Below are positions 39,343 through 49,465 of a stretch of 64,000 bases of DNA, piece after piece. This DNA is from an uncultured delta proteobacterium (lineage in GTDB: Bacteria > Bdellovibrionota > FAC87 > UBA2466), in contig CAVZSV010000004.1 in NCBI GenBank assembly GCA_963778115.1, forward strand, positions 576,001-640,000, in the 5' to 3' direction. The first letter of the stretch is position 1. Every line of letters starts with the position of its first letter. Under the pieces are notes generated by a model, which searched no databases, had not been told where the DNA came from, and worked only from the letters and a program-made list of their open reading frames with translations. A program made the position numbers and the translations under genes.

Positions 39343-42195
39343 ATGCGCTTTTTCCGACTTCCGACTCTATTGCTGCTCCCGCTTTTTCTTTGTTCCGGCG
39401 TTACTAAAGCAGACGTTGCCTACATCACGTTCCCCTCGGATGTGGACTGGGTCACCAGAGAGACTCCTCACTTTACCGCTGTGTACCGAAGGGGAGAGGA
39501 CGATTTAGCGTTCCGCTGCCTAAAGGCCGCTGAGCGCGCCTATCAACTGATCTCGCCCATCTTTCCACCGGGTCCCCAGAAGACATGGATGGTGCTAGCG
39601 GATTTCCAAGACTCCACCAATGGGTACTCTTTAGATCTCCCGTACCCCCATATCGTCATATTCGTTTCCCCACCCGAAGCAACCGGGCAATTGGCCCCCT
39701 TAGACGACTGGTTGGATTCAGTCATCCTGCATGAATATGTCCACACCTTACATATCTATCCTGCTAGCGGTCTATGGCGCGCGATGCGCGCCGTTTTCGG
39801 AAGCTGGGTTATCCCAAACGGACTAATGCCCAGCCATTTTCACGAAGGAATAGCTGTTCTGTTAGAGACGGATAAGACTCAAGGAGGACGGGGACGGGGG
39901 TCTGACTTTGCTATGTACCGCCGGATGGCGGTCGATTCAAAGGTATGGGGAACCACTGATTTTTTTTCGCGGGACCAAATGGATGGCTCGGTGAGTCGTT
40001 GGCCCTTTGGAACTACCGCCTATTTTTTCGGATATGAGCTTTACCGTGAACTTTGGAGCCGAAAAGGAGCTCAAGGGATTTACGAGCTCACTTCAAAATT
40101 TAGTTCGAATTGGCCGTTCTATATTAACGGCCCGCTGGAAGATGTTTATGGAACCGACTCCAAAACATTGTGGGCGGATATTTTCCGAAAAACGACTGCG
40201 GAGAGCGAAAAGGAAATTGCGAAAATAAAATCCGAGCCTTTATCCGCACAAAAGCTTCTAACCACGGACAAGTTCTTAAAGTGGGACCTCACTTTATCTC
40301 CCGACGCTTCCCAAGTAGTCTTCCGGCGTTACAACCCTACCGATGGAGGAGCCTTAGAGATCTTCGATCGTAAGTCGGGCAAACGCAAAAGACTATCGGA
40401 CATGGGGGGATCTGCCGAGGGAATGTGCTGGGTACATCCTTTGGATAAAGATCTTCTTTTATTCGTCGAGCCTTTTTCCGTAAACGGATATAGCACCAAC
40501 GTTCTAAGGTGGATGCCCGTCTCCGGGGGAGGCGGCAAAAAAGGCTTTGAAGACAAAGAAGCGAGAATTGCTCATGTCCACCAATTGGGATGTGATCCGA
40601 AAGCAAACCGCCTGCTAGTTTATCAAGAGCTTGCGGGAAAAGGGGCTGTGCGAGAACTCATCGTCGATTGGAATACCAAGACTCCGCAACTTAGAGTCTC
40701 CCGCGAGTGGAAGTTACCCGTTGGCAGCTGGGTGACTTCTCTTCTCATTGACGGAAAGACGGATTGGATTTTACTCCGCAAAGGCCTTAACACTAGATTG
40801 TATCGATGGAACGAGGGGACCGCCGAGCCTCAAAAAATGGGAGCTGCAGAAGGCCACATCTTCAATCTAAAGAAAGGGGCGACTCCTGGCGAATTATTAG
40901 CGATCGCAAACTTCGAAGGCCGTAACGAAATTTGGAAACTTCCCACCGGATTAAAGGACGCTTCCAAACGTGTTGCTCTTCTTGGGGGAGTTAATTCTTT
41001 CGATGATTCCGGGTCGACGATTATCATGTCTAGCTACTCGCACGGGGGATTCGATTTTGCCGAAACACAGAAGCAGAATCTAAAAACATACCCAACACCC
41101 GAACGATATAGCGAGGATTCCCAGGCCACGGAAGAAAAGCCCACGATTTCACCCCAAAAAGAGTATAGCGCTTGGGGAACCTTGAAACCAACGACATGGA
41201 TTCCTTCGATCCTGTTCGTGCCCAACGGCGTTCAGTTTGGTGTTTGGATTCCAGGGTTCGATATCGCTCAGAAGCATCTGTACAATGTCATTGGCGGCTA
41301 CGATACCCGAGGGCTTCCCTTTGCGGACGTCAATTATACCTACCGTTTCTGGCAGGCGGCCTCGTTCGACGCCGAAGTATTTTATCTTCCCAGTTACATC
41401 ATCGATACGCAGACTTTCTTTCAAAGATGGGGCGGGGATTTTGGAATTTCGGACCAGTTTGCACAATGGCTGCCGACCTTGCAGCTCAGCATGATTTACC
41501 GACGAGTCGAGAGTATCTCCGGGCTTCCGGGAAAGGTCTCCGTCGGTTTCCAACTAACCGCAAGTAAGAGTTGGAACGTAAAACGGCGTCCGCTTTCCAT
41601 TTCCAATATCAGCGGAACCACAGTTTCAATAAGTCAGGCCCAGTATCTTACCGCAATGGGCAGCAGCGACGGTTATTTCTCCACCATTGCGTCCCTCGAT
41701 CAATATCTCGAAATTCCGTGGTGGAGAGAGCACGTGTTATACGCGGCAGCACGACTAGGCTATACGTGGGGGACCGTCGCTTACAATAATTATTTTGATG
41801 CGGGGGGCGAACTTATCTTTTCCCAACAACGTGGAACCTTTCTTAATCGCGGCTTCCTACCGCAGACTTTTCTGGCTCGAAGAATCTTCAATTTGAATCT
41901 CGAATACCGATTTCCTATCGCTACCATCGAGCGCGGGGTGAATTATTTACCCGCAAAATTGCGACAACTTCATTTTGCCGCTATTACTGATTTTACCAGT
42001 GTGGATTCGCTAGTCTTTAATACCGCCGAAAATCAACTCTTTAAGATTTACTATACGAGTATTGGAGGAGAGCTACGAAGCGAGTGGACTTTCGGCTCCT
42101 ATCTTCCCACTACCCTTCGAATTGGCATCTATCACGGTTTCGGTCCTTATGGACAAAACATCTACGGGGTCTTCGGAGTCGAATCGCAATTATAA
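39343..42195 (+). CDS. Outer-membrane protein: zincin-like domain + beta-propeller + Omp85-like barrel
   Basis: HEYVH...HEGIA, SPDAS propeller-like repeat, NRGF and LEYRFP in C-terminal barrel. Confidence 0.7.
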   Translation: MRFFRLPTLLLLPLFLCSGVTKADVAYITFPSDVDWVTRETPHFTAVYRRGEDDLAFRCLKAAERAYQLISPIFPPGPQKTWMVLADFQDSTNGYSLDLPYPHIVIFVSPPEATGQLAPLDDWLDSVILHEYVHTLHIYPASGLWRAMRAVFGSWVIPNGLMPSHFHEGIAVLLETDKTQGGRGRGSDFAMYRRMAVDSKVWGTTDFFSRDQMDGSVSRWPFGTTAYFFGYELYRELWSRKGAQGIYELTSKFSSNWPFYINGPLEDVYGTDSKTLWADIFRKTTAESEKEIAKIKSEPLSAQKLLTTDKFLKWDLTLSPDASQVVFRRYNPTDGGALEIFDRKSGKRKRLSDMGGSAEGMCWVHPLDKDLLLFVEPFSVNGYSTNVLRWMPVSGGGGKKGFEDKEARIAHVHQLGCDPKANRLLVYQELAGKGAVRELIVDWNTKTPQLRVSREWKLPVGSWVTSLLIDGKTDWILLRKGLNTRLYRWNEGTAEPQKMGAAEGHIFNLKKGATPGELLAIANFEGRNEIWKLPTGLKDASKRVALLGGVNSFDDSGSTIIMSSYSHGGFDFAETQKQNLKTYPTPERYSEDSQATEEKPTISPQKEYSAWGTLKPTTWIPSILFVPNGVQFGVWIPGFDIAQKHLYNVIGGYDTRGLPFADVNYTYRFWQAASFDAEVFYLPSYIIDTQTFFQRWGGDFGISDQFAQWLPTLQLSMIYRRVESISGLPGKVSVGFQLTASKSWNVKRRPLSISNISGTTVSISQAQYLTAMGSSDGYFSTIASLDQYLEIPWWREHVLYAAARLGYTWGTVAYNNYFDAGGELIFSQQRGTFLNRGFLPQTFLARRIFNLNLEYRFPIATIERGVNYLPAKLRQLHFAAITDFTSVDSLVFNTAENQLFKIYYTSIGGELRSEWTFGSYLPTTLRIGIYHGFGPYGQNIYGVFGVESQL

Positions 42196-42205
42196 GAGGT
42201 TCTCG

Positions 42206-42832
42206 ATGAAACACCAATTCACTCTCTACCAAGGAAAGAAGTCGAGCTCTTCATGGCGATTGCGCCTAGCTCTGGCTCTGAAGGGACTGCCGTTCGATTC
42301 TATTATTATAGATACGTCTGCAGGCGACACCTCCAAACAGATATATTTGGAGTTAAATCCCATGGGGCAAATTCCTTGTCTCGTTGTGGATGGATACCCT
42401 CTAAGTGAGTCATTGGCGTGTATAGAATGGTTGGATGAAACTTACCCCGACCCTCCTCTATACCCCAAACTTCCTTTGGACCGTGCCAAAGTACGTCAGC
42501 TGGCACTTCTCGTTGTGTCTGGAATCCAACCACTACAGTCGGGAGGAGTTTCAAAGTTCCATTCTCCCGATGAAAAGGAAAGGCTTAAGTGGGCACAGCA
42601 CTGGATCACTCGAGGCCTAAACAGTTACGAGAGTCTCGTCTCGCGAACCATGAGAAGTTTTAGTTTCCAAGATACTATTACCACGGCCGATCTTTGTCTT
42701 ATTCCTCAAGTGGGAAACGCCGAACGCTACGGTGTCTCAGTAGCAAAATGGCCGCGCATCCAAAAAATCGTACACCATTTTAAAAGCCATCCGGTCTACG
42801 CCAAATCCGAGCCACCGACTCATGGTTCATAA
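42206..42832 (+). CDS. maiA: Maleylacetoacetate isomerase / zeta-class GST
   Basis: SSSSWRLRLALALKG, NPMGQIP, SGIQPLQ, ADLCLIPQV. Confidence 0.85.
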   Translation: MKHQFTLYQGKKSSSSWRLRLALALKGLPFDSIIIDTSAGDTSKQIYLELNPMGQIPCLVVDGYPLSESLACIEWLDETYPDPPLYPKLPLDRAKVRQLALLVVSGIQPLQSGGVSKFHSPDEKERLKWAQHWITRGLNSYESLVSRTMRSFSFQDTITTADLCLIPQVGNAERYGVSVAKWPRIQKIVHHFKSHPVYAKSEPPTHGS

Positions 42833-43609
42833 ATCGTTATTGAAGAAGTCGTGAGTCTTTAGACATTCAAGTAGCTGTTGAGAGTATTGAATGTGGGACT
42901 CTTTGGTGTACTTCACGGTAGTGTAAACTTGAGCAAGATTTTTCACTCCCGATTCTTCAATGAGAACTTTTAGATCGGGAAATGTCATGTAGCGATTCCA
43001 GCCATTAACATCTCGTTCCTTATAAATGCGATTGATGTCATCACAACGATAGTCTTGATAGGTATCTTTGTGGATCATGCCCTCAAGAGGCAAACGATCT
43101 CGGATTGCGGGATTCTCATCGGGATATCCCAAGACGAATCCTGTGACCGGGACCACATTGTCCGGACAATTTAGAATCTTTGCTATCTGTCCACAACTGG
43201 CAAGCGTTGTCCCCATGTAACAGATTCCTAAACCAAGAGATTCGGCGGTAAGCACCGCGTTTTGAGCCGCAATGACCGCATCGATAGTCCCGATCATAAA
43301 ACTCATAAAATTATCGAAGTTGTCTTTAGCATCGCGCTCTTTCAGCCAAACACGCATGCGATGAAAGTCGCTGCAAAAAGTCATAACGACGGGCGCTTCC
43401 AATACCATCTTCTGCTTGAAATGAGGTTCAAAGAGTCTCTCTTTGATCTGCTTATCCGTGGTGATGATAATGGAATAGGACTGCATGTTTCCCGAAGAGG
43501 ATCCTCTAAGTGCCGCTGCTAATACTTTCTGTAACAGAGGTTCCGGTATCGGGTCTGATTTATATTTTCGAATGGAACGATGGCTTGCTACTACATCTGA
43601 AAAAGTCAT
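42827..43609 (-). CDS. Nitroreductase (NfsA/Frp-like)
   Basis: HRSIRKY, SSSGNMQSYS, AESLGLGICYMG, GYP. Confidence 0.9.
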   Translation of the reverse strand: MTFSDVVASHRSIRKYKSDPIPEPLLQKVLAAALRGSSSGNMQSYSIIITTDKQIKERLFEPHFKQKMVLEAPVVMTFCSDFHRMRVWLKERDAKDNFDNFMSFMIGTIDAVIAAQNAVLTAESLGLGICYMGTTLASCGQIAKILNCPDNVVPVTGFVLGYPDENPAIRDRLPLEGMIHKDTYQDYRCDDINRIYKERDVNGWNRYMTFPDLKVLIEESGVKNLAQVYTTVKYTKESHIQYSQQLLECLKTHDFFNNDL

Positions 43610-43713
43610 GCGTACAACATAGCCGATAGAAGAGTCGTGCGAAAGTAGGGAAGCGAACGGACTGCGAAAGGAAAGCATTCAATAGGAAGAAACTCTAGTT
43701 ATTACGAGAAAGC

Positions 43714-43935
43714 TTATTTGCCGAAATAACCAATCGCGATATTCGAACAAACTTCAGAGGGATTGGCCAGCGAAGGATTGTATTCGACACAGGCGTTGAT
43801 CCAACCCGTAGCGTCTCCGACGTAGGCTTTAGGGTCCGGCAGATTCACATGGCTGACGGTTTGATCTGCGATAACGGCTTTGGATACGAAGAGTCCGACC
43901 AAAAGAATCATGAAGAAGGTAGTGTTGCGTTTCAT
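43714..43935 (-). CDS. Small secreted protein with one Cys pair
   Basis: 73 aa, signal peptide, AGGAG RBS, sigma54 promoter. Confidence 0.7.
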   Translation of the reverse strand: MKRNTTFFMILLVGLFVSKAVIADQTVSHVNLPDPKAYVGDATGWINACVEYNPSLANPSEVCSNIAIGYFGK

Positions 43936-43991
43936 TGTTCCATCTCCTGTTTATCAATCTAAGTGACCCAAGTTGCGTTGCTACTAGATAG

Positions 43992-44007
43992 AGCAATCGC
44001 AATGCCA
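43992..44007 (-). promoter_or_regulatory. Sigma54 -24/-12 promoter
   Basis: Minus strand TGGCAT-TGCGA-TTGCT. Confidence 0.7.
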
Positions 44008-44395
44008 CTACGCGACAACTTCATTAAAGAATGCCTTTGCCGCGCAAATCCATTCAGTTACGGCAGTACTTCACGATTGCGCTGAATACGTGCGGTCTTC
44101 ACCAAAGACTCTCTGTTCAGTCACTACACAGGGACGGACCCCGCATTCCGCCATTCTTTCGATGGGTTACAAGCCAAACAAGGCGAGTGTCCAAAATGAG
44201 GACAGCCAAGACATCCTAAGTTATTGAATTCATGAAATAAGATCTCGACTGGGGCGGGCGCTATCAAACGAGTGACAAGTGCCTAGCGATCGAACAGCCG
44301 AAAAATAAATCGGCGTATACACGCAGTGTCGGGTTTCTTTGTTTTACTGAACTTCTATAATGGAATTACCGATGGGAACAAAAGGGGTGTGTGGT

Positions 44396-47300
44396 ATGGG
44401 GCAATTTATTTTCAGAAAATTTGGGACGGCGCTCCTCATTCTTGGCCTAATGGCGCTTCCAGAGTGCGGTTGGCTAGGTAACGCTCAGATAACCTCAAGT
44501 GGAGCGTCCCAGATACAATCGACGGGCAACACGGGCTCAAACCCCATTGGTACTATCGGAACGACAAGTACTGCGGCAGCACTTAGCCTGAATATGACAT
44601 CACCGATGACGGAGTCCCAGTGCTGGGGAGCGGCGGTTACTTATAATAGTGGAGGAGCGGCTTCACCAGTTCCTCTAACGACAACAATCGCTTTGTACGC
44701 AGCGAGTACGGTGACGTTTTTTTCCGATCCGGGTTGTAGCAATTCGATCGCGTCGGTAACTCTCGCGGCCGGATCGACGACAGCACCTTTCTGGGTCGCC
44801 ATCAGCCAGACAGGAACACTTTCCATTACGGCACAGGTCACCGCAGGAAGTTCGGCTACACCGGCGGTGGGCTCAATGACGGTGAACGCAACGGCTCCAG
44901 CTACGGTACCTACCAGCCTTCTGGTGAGCGGAGCTACACAGATTTTGGCCGGAACTTGCGTCGGATATTCGGCGGTTCTCGTAAACGCTCAGAATATTCC
45001 TTTAGGATTTACCACGGCTTCCCAGCTTCTACTAAGCGGGGGAGGATCGGGAACGTTGTATTACGCAAGTACCGATAGTACTTGCAGCCAAGGTTCCGTC
45101 ACATCGCTTACGATCCCCGCCAATCAAGCAGTGACTACCTTTTTTATGCGGCGAACGGTTACCGGTTCTGGTTCTATTCTAGCCAATGAAGGAAATCTGA
45201 ACGGCTCCCTTCCCGTGTTAACAACGGCGGGAAATCCAAATCAATTGGTCGTTCAAGGCCCTTCAACCATCGACAATAACAGCTGTGGAGTCTATTCAGT
45301 ATTAGTGGAAGACATCGTGGGAAATTCCACGATGTTTTCAAGCAGCCAAGTCATCACACTTGCTGATAACGGTGTGGGAACGCTATATTCGGATTCGGCT
45401 TGTACTCAAGCTGCGACTAGCTTGTCATTACCCGCTAATACTACGGGTGCAAATTTCTACTTCCTTAGTACGACAGGCGGAACTGCGACGCTTACCGCGT
45501 CGAACTCCTCAGTTACACCAGGAAGTCTTGCAGTAAATGTAATTAATGTTGGGCCTGGAAAACCTGCGAAACTTAGTTTTACGGCGCCGGGAACAGTGAC
45601 TACGGTCGGAACCTGCTACGGTCCTTACACCATCAATGAACTTGATGTGAACAACGTATTAATTCCCAATCCTCCAGCGGATGTCATAAGTCTTACGAGC
45701 ACCGGAAACGGAGTGTTCTATAGCGACGGGGGTTGTCAGTATTTTACTAACTCCACGACTCCAGGAACGTCTTTCTTTTATTTGGATAAGCGAGCAGAAG
45801 GGCCTTTCAATCTCAATGCGAATGATACTACGACGGCTCTAGGATCGGCTACGCAACCTCTCACGGTAAACGCGGGTACGGCTGCCGGAGTGACGCTACT
45901 TGCGCAACAAACGACTTTTTCCGCTGGTAGCTGTGTGCCCTTTGTAGCGGCGTTCGTGGATGCTTACGGAAACACAACGCCGGTCTTGAGCACGACGAAG
46001 GTAACCATCGCGGAGTCATCGCTCACACTGGCGGGCTATTATGCCGACTCGAGTTGCCAAAACAGCTTGAACACTACCACGAGTTCCACAGTTTCCACGG
46101 GGAACGGGGCGCCTACAGTAACTACGACAAGTACTCAGTTGCAATTCACGGCAGGGACGTATCAGCAGACCTTTTATATGGTAGCGACTCAGTCCGGCCA
46201 AGGAGTCATGACGGCATCGAGTACGGGACTCAATTCGGCAAATCTAAATATTACGGTCAATCCAGGCGCCCCAACTCAAATTACCCTTATTCATTCGCCT
46301 ACGACGGTCACTATCAACGCGTGTTCGGGCGGCTTCACGTTTGAACTCTTAGACCAATACAACAACCCCACGACGGCTACAGCTACGACGACGTTCACCA
46401 TCACGATCAGTTCGGGGACGGGGGTCTTTTTCCCTGTGAATGGCTGTTCGGGAACGCCAACAAATACGGTAACTTTTGGATCGGGCACAGGAACCCAGAC
46501 TGTGTACTTTGAAGGGACCTCACCAGGACCAATAGTAAGTATCATTCAAACGGGAGGATATCCCCCGGTCACGTTCACCTTTAATGAAAATTCGGCGGGG
46601 CCAGTGAGCATTGCGCTAAATGGCCTTTCGCCTTTGCCTGCGGTGAGCCCAGGACAAGGGGTAGATGGGCAGTGTTTACCGTTTCAGCTTTCGTTGGTCG
46701 ATGCGCTCAATAATCCTTCGGCCGCTTCGACAGCAATTCCAGCTACGATCTCAGTGGTGGGAATGGGGACGGAGCTACTTTTTTCGGATAGCGCGTGCAG
46801 CAATCCCCTTACTTCCGGTGCTATCACGATCGCGGCACAAACGAGTTCGATCAATTTTTACTACATGGGTAAGGGAACGGGCAGTCAGGTTCTTACTGCG
46901 ATGTCACCAAATCTCAATACCGGAACCTACACGGTTGTATTGACGGCCGGACCAGCAGCATCCTTCGCACTCTCAGGCCCCACGACCGGAACTGCTGGCG
47001 TGTGCTCCGGACCGTTCCAAATCACAGCCAATGATGCGTACGGAAATCCAACATCCGCTCCGGGAGCCACATTTAAGTTAACGGGTTCGGGAAAGGGATT
47101 TTTCTACAGCGATTCCACTTGCACGACCACTATTACTTCCGTGTCCATGACCGCTCCCTATGTAAGCAGTCAGTTTTATCTTAATGATGACACCGCAGAG
47201 TGTCTCACACTTCAAGCAAGCACTGGAACTACGGCCTCGAATGTATGGGCGTTCACCGAAACACCCAACTCTCCTTCGATTATTGCGTTCAACGGCCCTT

Positions 47301-48214
47301 CTCAAGGAGCCTCTAGTGCCTGTATTGGCCCGATTACTTTCTTGGTGGAAGATCAGTACGGAAACGTTATCGTAGATCCGGTGAACGATCGTACGTTTTC
47401 GTTGTCGGAAAGTCCTGCGACCATTCCGTTGCAAAATAAGGGATGTACCGCCCCGATTAATATGGCAACGATTGCACATGGGACGACTAGTTCCACGGGA
47501 ATCTATTTTTCAGCAAGCACGACGACAAATGCAGTGGTAACGGTGGCTCAAACGAGCCCACCGCTTCTTTCGTTGCAGGGAATATTGGACATTGCAGTCG
47601 TAGTGGCCCCTCCTCCTCCACCGCCGCCACCACCGGTCTGTACGACTCAAGTTACAAGCGCTTCGATACCAGGAACAGCCCATCCGATTATGGATTACGG
47701 TGTCGGGTATTTGAAATGCGTTATCAACGGACAGGTTGTCGACGGTTCCCAGAACCAGTCTACTTGTAACTATGACAACTGGGGATATCGCACGGGCAAT
47801 CAGTGCCAGTACAACATGCAGGGCTCTACGGCCCCTATTCTATTAAGAACGGGCCTGGTCCCTGGCGAAACCCTCAAGGTCGGCAGTTTATCAGGGACGG
47901 TGGTAGCATCGGTAAGCCCTTTTTCTTCTAAGACCTGTACTCAACCGGGAGGGGCGAATCTGCCAACTCCCCGTGGTTTGCCGCTACTTCAGTTTGCAGA
48001 TGCGTCGGGGAAAGTAGTCCCCTTACCCAGCGTAGATAATTCATTGAATGACCAGGGCGTTAACGCGTTTTCAGCACTTTCGCTAATGAGCGCGTCCATT
48101 GTAGTGCCGCCCAAAGCGGTAGCACTCTATGGAAGCTGGCCTGATAACGTGTACAGCGACAACTCAGGTTGCTGCTCCCTAACGATCATCTCCACGATTT
48201 GCACTACCCCATAG
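44396..48214 (+). CDS. Large surface adhesin-like protein with about nine Cys-containing beta-rich repeats
   Basis: Signal peptide ending in Cys; recurring FYSDxxC and D..GN motifs about every 100 aa; poly-Pro linker; Cys-rich tip domain. Confidence 0.8.
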   Translation: MGQFIFRKFGTALLILGLMALPECGWLGNAQITSSGASQIQSTGNTGSNPIGTIGTTSTAAALSLNMTSPMTESQCWGAAVTYNSGGAASPVPLTTTIALYAASTVTFFSDPGCSNSIASVTLAAGSTTAPFWVAISQTGTLSITAQVTAGSSATPAVGSMTVNATAPATVPTSLLVSGATQILAGTCVGYSAVLVNAQNIPLGFTTASQLLLSGGGSGTLYYASTDSTCSQGSVTSLTIPANQAVTTFFMRRTVTGSGSILANEGNLNGSLPVLTTAGNPNQLVVQGPSTIDNNSCGVYSVLVEDIVGNSTMFSSSQVITLADNGVGTLYSDSACTQAATSLSLPANTTGANFYFLSTTGGTATLTASNSSVTPGSLAVNVINVGPGKPAKLSFTAPGTVTTVGTCYGPYTINELDVNNVLIPNPPADVISLTSTGNGVFYSDGGCQYFTNSTTPGTSFFYLDKRAEGPFNLNANDTTTALGSATQPLTVNAGTAAGVTLLAQQTTFSAGSCVPFVAAFVDAYGNTTPVLSTTKVTIAESSLTLAGYYADSSCQNSLNTTTSSTVSTGNGAPTVTTTSTQLQFTAGTYQQTFYMVATQSGQGVMTASSTGLNSANLNITVNPGAPTQITLIHSPTTVTINACSGGFTFELLDQYNNPTTATATTTFTITISSGTGVFFPVNGCSGTPTNTVTFGSGTGTQTVYFEGTSPGPIVSIIQTGGYPPVTFTFNENSAGPVSIALNGLSPLPAVSPGQGVDGQCLPFQLSLVDALNNPSAASTAIPATISVVGMGTELLFSDSACSNPLTSGAITIAAQTSSINFYYMGKGTGSQVLTAMSPNLNTGTYTVVLTAGPAASFALSGPTTGTAGVCSGPFQITANDAYGNPTSAPGATFKLTGSGKGFFYSDSTCTTTITSVSMTAPYVSSQFYLNDDTAECLTLQASTGTTASNVWAFTETPNSPSIIAFNGPSQGASSACIGPITFLVEDQYGNVIVDPVNDRTFSLSESPATIPLQNKGCTAPINMATIAHGTTSSTGIYFSASTTTNAVVTVAQTSPPLLSLQGILDIAVVVAPPPPPPPPPVCTTQVTSASIPGTAHPIMDYGVGYLKCVINGQVVDGSQNQSTCNYDNWGYRTGNQCQYNMQGSTAPILLRTGLVPGETLKVGSLSGTVVASVSPFSSKTCTQPGGANLPTPRGLPLLQFADASGKVVPLPSVDNSLNDQGVNAFSALSLMSASIVVPPKAVALYGSWPDNVYSDNSGCCSLTIISTICTTP

Positions 48215-48393
48215 CTTTATTATTGATCGGGGGACGGAGGCGGTTTCTTGCCCGAGTCCCCATGAACGGCATTGAGCGAGCACTGACTCAGGAAGGAGGT
48301 GATTTTTCTGGAAACTTTATTCCCCCTCTAACCGATCGGCACGCTTCCTACTGGTTATTGACCGGAAAATCTATCATAGATTAATCCTGTGCT

Positions 48394-49089
48394 ATGGCAC
48401 GACTTCCCCGCTCGTTATCCGTCCAGTCAGATTCTCGGGTCCATAAAATTTGGCGTGGGCATAATCGCGAGTGGAATTTAGGAACAGACGAACAAAAATC
48501 TCGCTATCTCGACTTTCTTAATGACGATTTAGAATCTAAGAAGCATCACGCGGGCTCCGAGGTTCAAGCAATATGCCTCATGTCGAATCATACCCACGAA
48601 TTGTACAATGTACTTAAAGCTACTGAGTTCTCGAACCACATGCGTAGACACCATTCGCGTTATGGTATGTATTTTAATAGGCAAAATGGCAGGAGCGGAA
48701 AAGTTGCTGAAGACCGTCCCAAAACCTGTCTTATCGCTGACGAAGAGCATGAAATGAAGACCGTCTTCTATATCCATGCTAACCCTATTCGCGCCCACAT
48801 CGTAAAAGATGCTCGGGACTACAGATGGTCAACTCATAAACTTTACGCCTTTGGCAAAAAAGAAGAATGGATGAAAAATATCAGGCTCCCTGATTGGTAC
48901 ATGAAGCTCGGTAAGAATATGCAGCAAAGGCAAAGAAAATACCGGCAACTCTTTGTTCAATTCCTAAAAACCTTTGGAGTAACCCGACAGAACTTTCTTC
49001 ACTCGTTATTTTACGGCCCCCCATTGTGGATGCAAGAAAGGCGTAAGCTAGTATCAAAATGGTCACGCGAACGTTCGCCCCCACGATAA
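48394..49089 (+). CDS. REP-associated-type HUH tyrosine transposase (Y1_Tnp / RAYT)
   Basis: MARLPR, RGHNR, CLMSNHTH (HUH), YIHANP.RA catalytic Tyr, YRWS. Confidence 0.9.
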   Translation: MARLPRSLSVQSDSRVHKIWRGHNREWNLGTDEQKSRYLDFLNDDLESKKHHAGSEVQAICLMSNHTHELYNVLKATEFSNHMRRHHSRYGMYFNRQNGRSGKVAEDRPKTCLIADEEHEMKTVFYIHANPIRAHIVKDARDYRWSTHKLYAFGKKEEWMKNIRLPDWYMKLGKNMQQRQRKYRQLFVQFLKTFGVTRQNFLHSLFYGPPLWMQERRKLVSKWSRERSPPR

Positions 49090-49265
49090 AGCAACTGCCA
49101 AAAATAAGTTCCCAAGGGGAACGTTTGTCTTCATTTCAAGGTTTCTTGAGATTTCATTCTTCCAACAGAAATTCTGTTTCACCCGATCAAGAAGCTCGCT
49201 GATTCCGTCTTTTCCTTACAGCCCTTTGATGCTTACCTGATTAGCTAAGAAAGCATTCTTTATGC

Positions 49266-49304
49266 ACGCACTTACGCACTTACGCACTTAGGAAAAATGC
49301 GTAA
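49266..49304. repeat. ACGCACTT x3 tandem repeat with inverted arm
   Basis: Copies at 49266, 49274, 49282; TTACGCA (49280-86) pairs with TGCGTAA (49298-304). Confidence 0.85.
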
Positions 49305-49408
49305 AAAGAGCTCCGTCCCCAGTGAGTCTCCGCCAGAGATATTACGGATAGCTTTTCTTTGGACACTGTATTCGTCGCGAACACGCGCAACTTAGGTTTG
49401 CATCGATT

Positions 49409-49424
49409 TGGCACTCCCGTTGCT
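49409..49424 (+). promoter_or_regulatory. Sigma54 -24/-12 promoter
   Basis: TGGCAC-TCCCG-TTGCT. Confidence 0.75.
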
Positions 49425-49465
49425 CATTATTCCCCTATACGAGTTGTGCGCGCTGCGGAGGCCTA

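Larger units (their letters stand above)
48229..49320 (+). mobile_element. RAYT locus bounded by inverted GGGGACGGAG motifs
   Basis: GGGGACGGAG 48230-48239 and CTCCGTCCCC 49311-49320 bracket the Y1 transposase; no target duplication. Confidence 0.6.

Noticed and set aside
46765..46776. GGGGACGGAGCT copy inside the adhesin, and a partial copy at 58650
   Set aside because: In coding sequence with no hairpin; cannot be distinguished from chance, so not counted as sites
49261..49320. Tandem repeats near the RAYT as a CRISPR array
   Set aside because: 8-bp units without spacers, and no cas genes in the window
44396..49320. Diversity-generating retroelement acting on the adhesin tip
   Set aside because: No reverse transcriptase and no template/variable repeat pair seen
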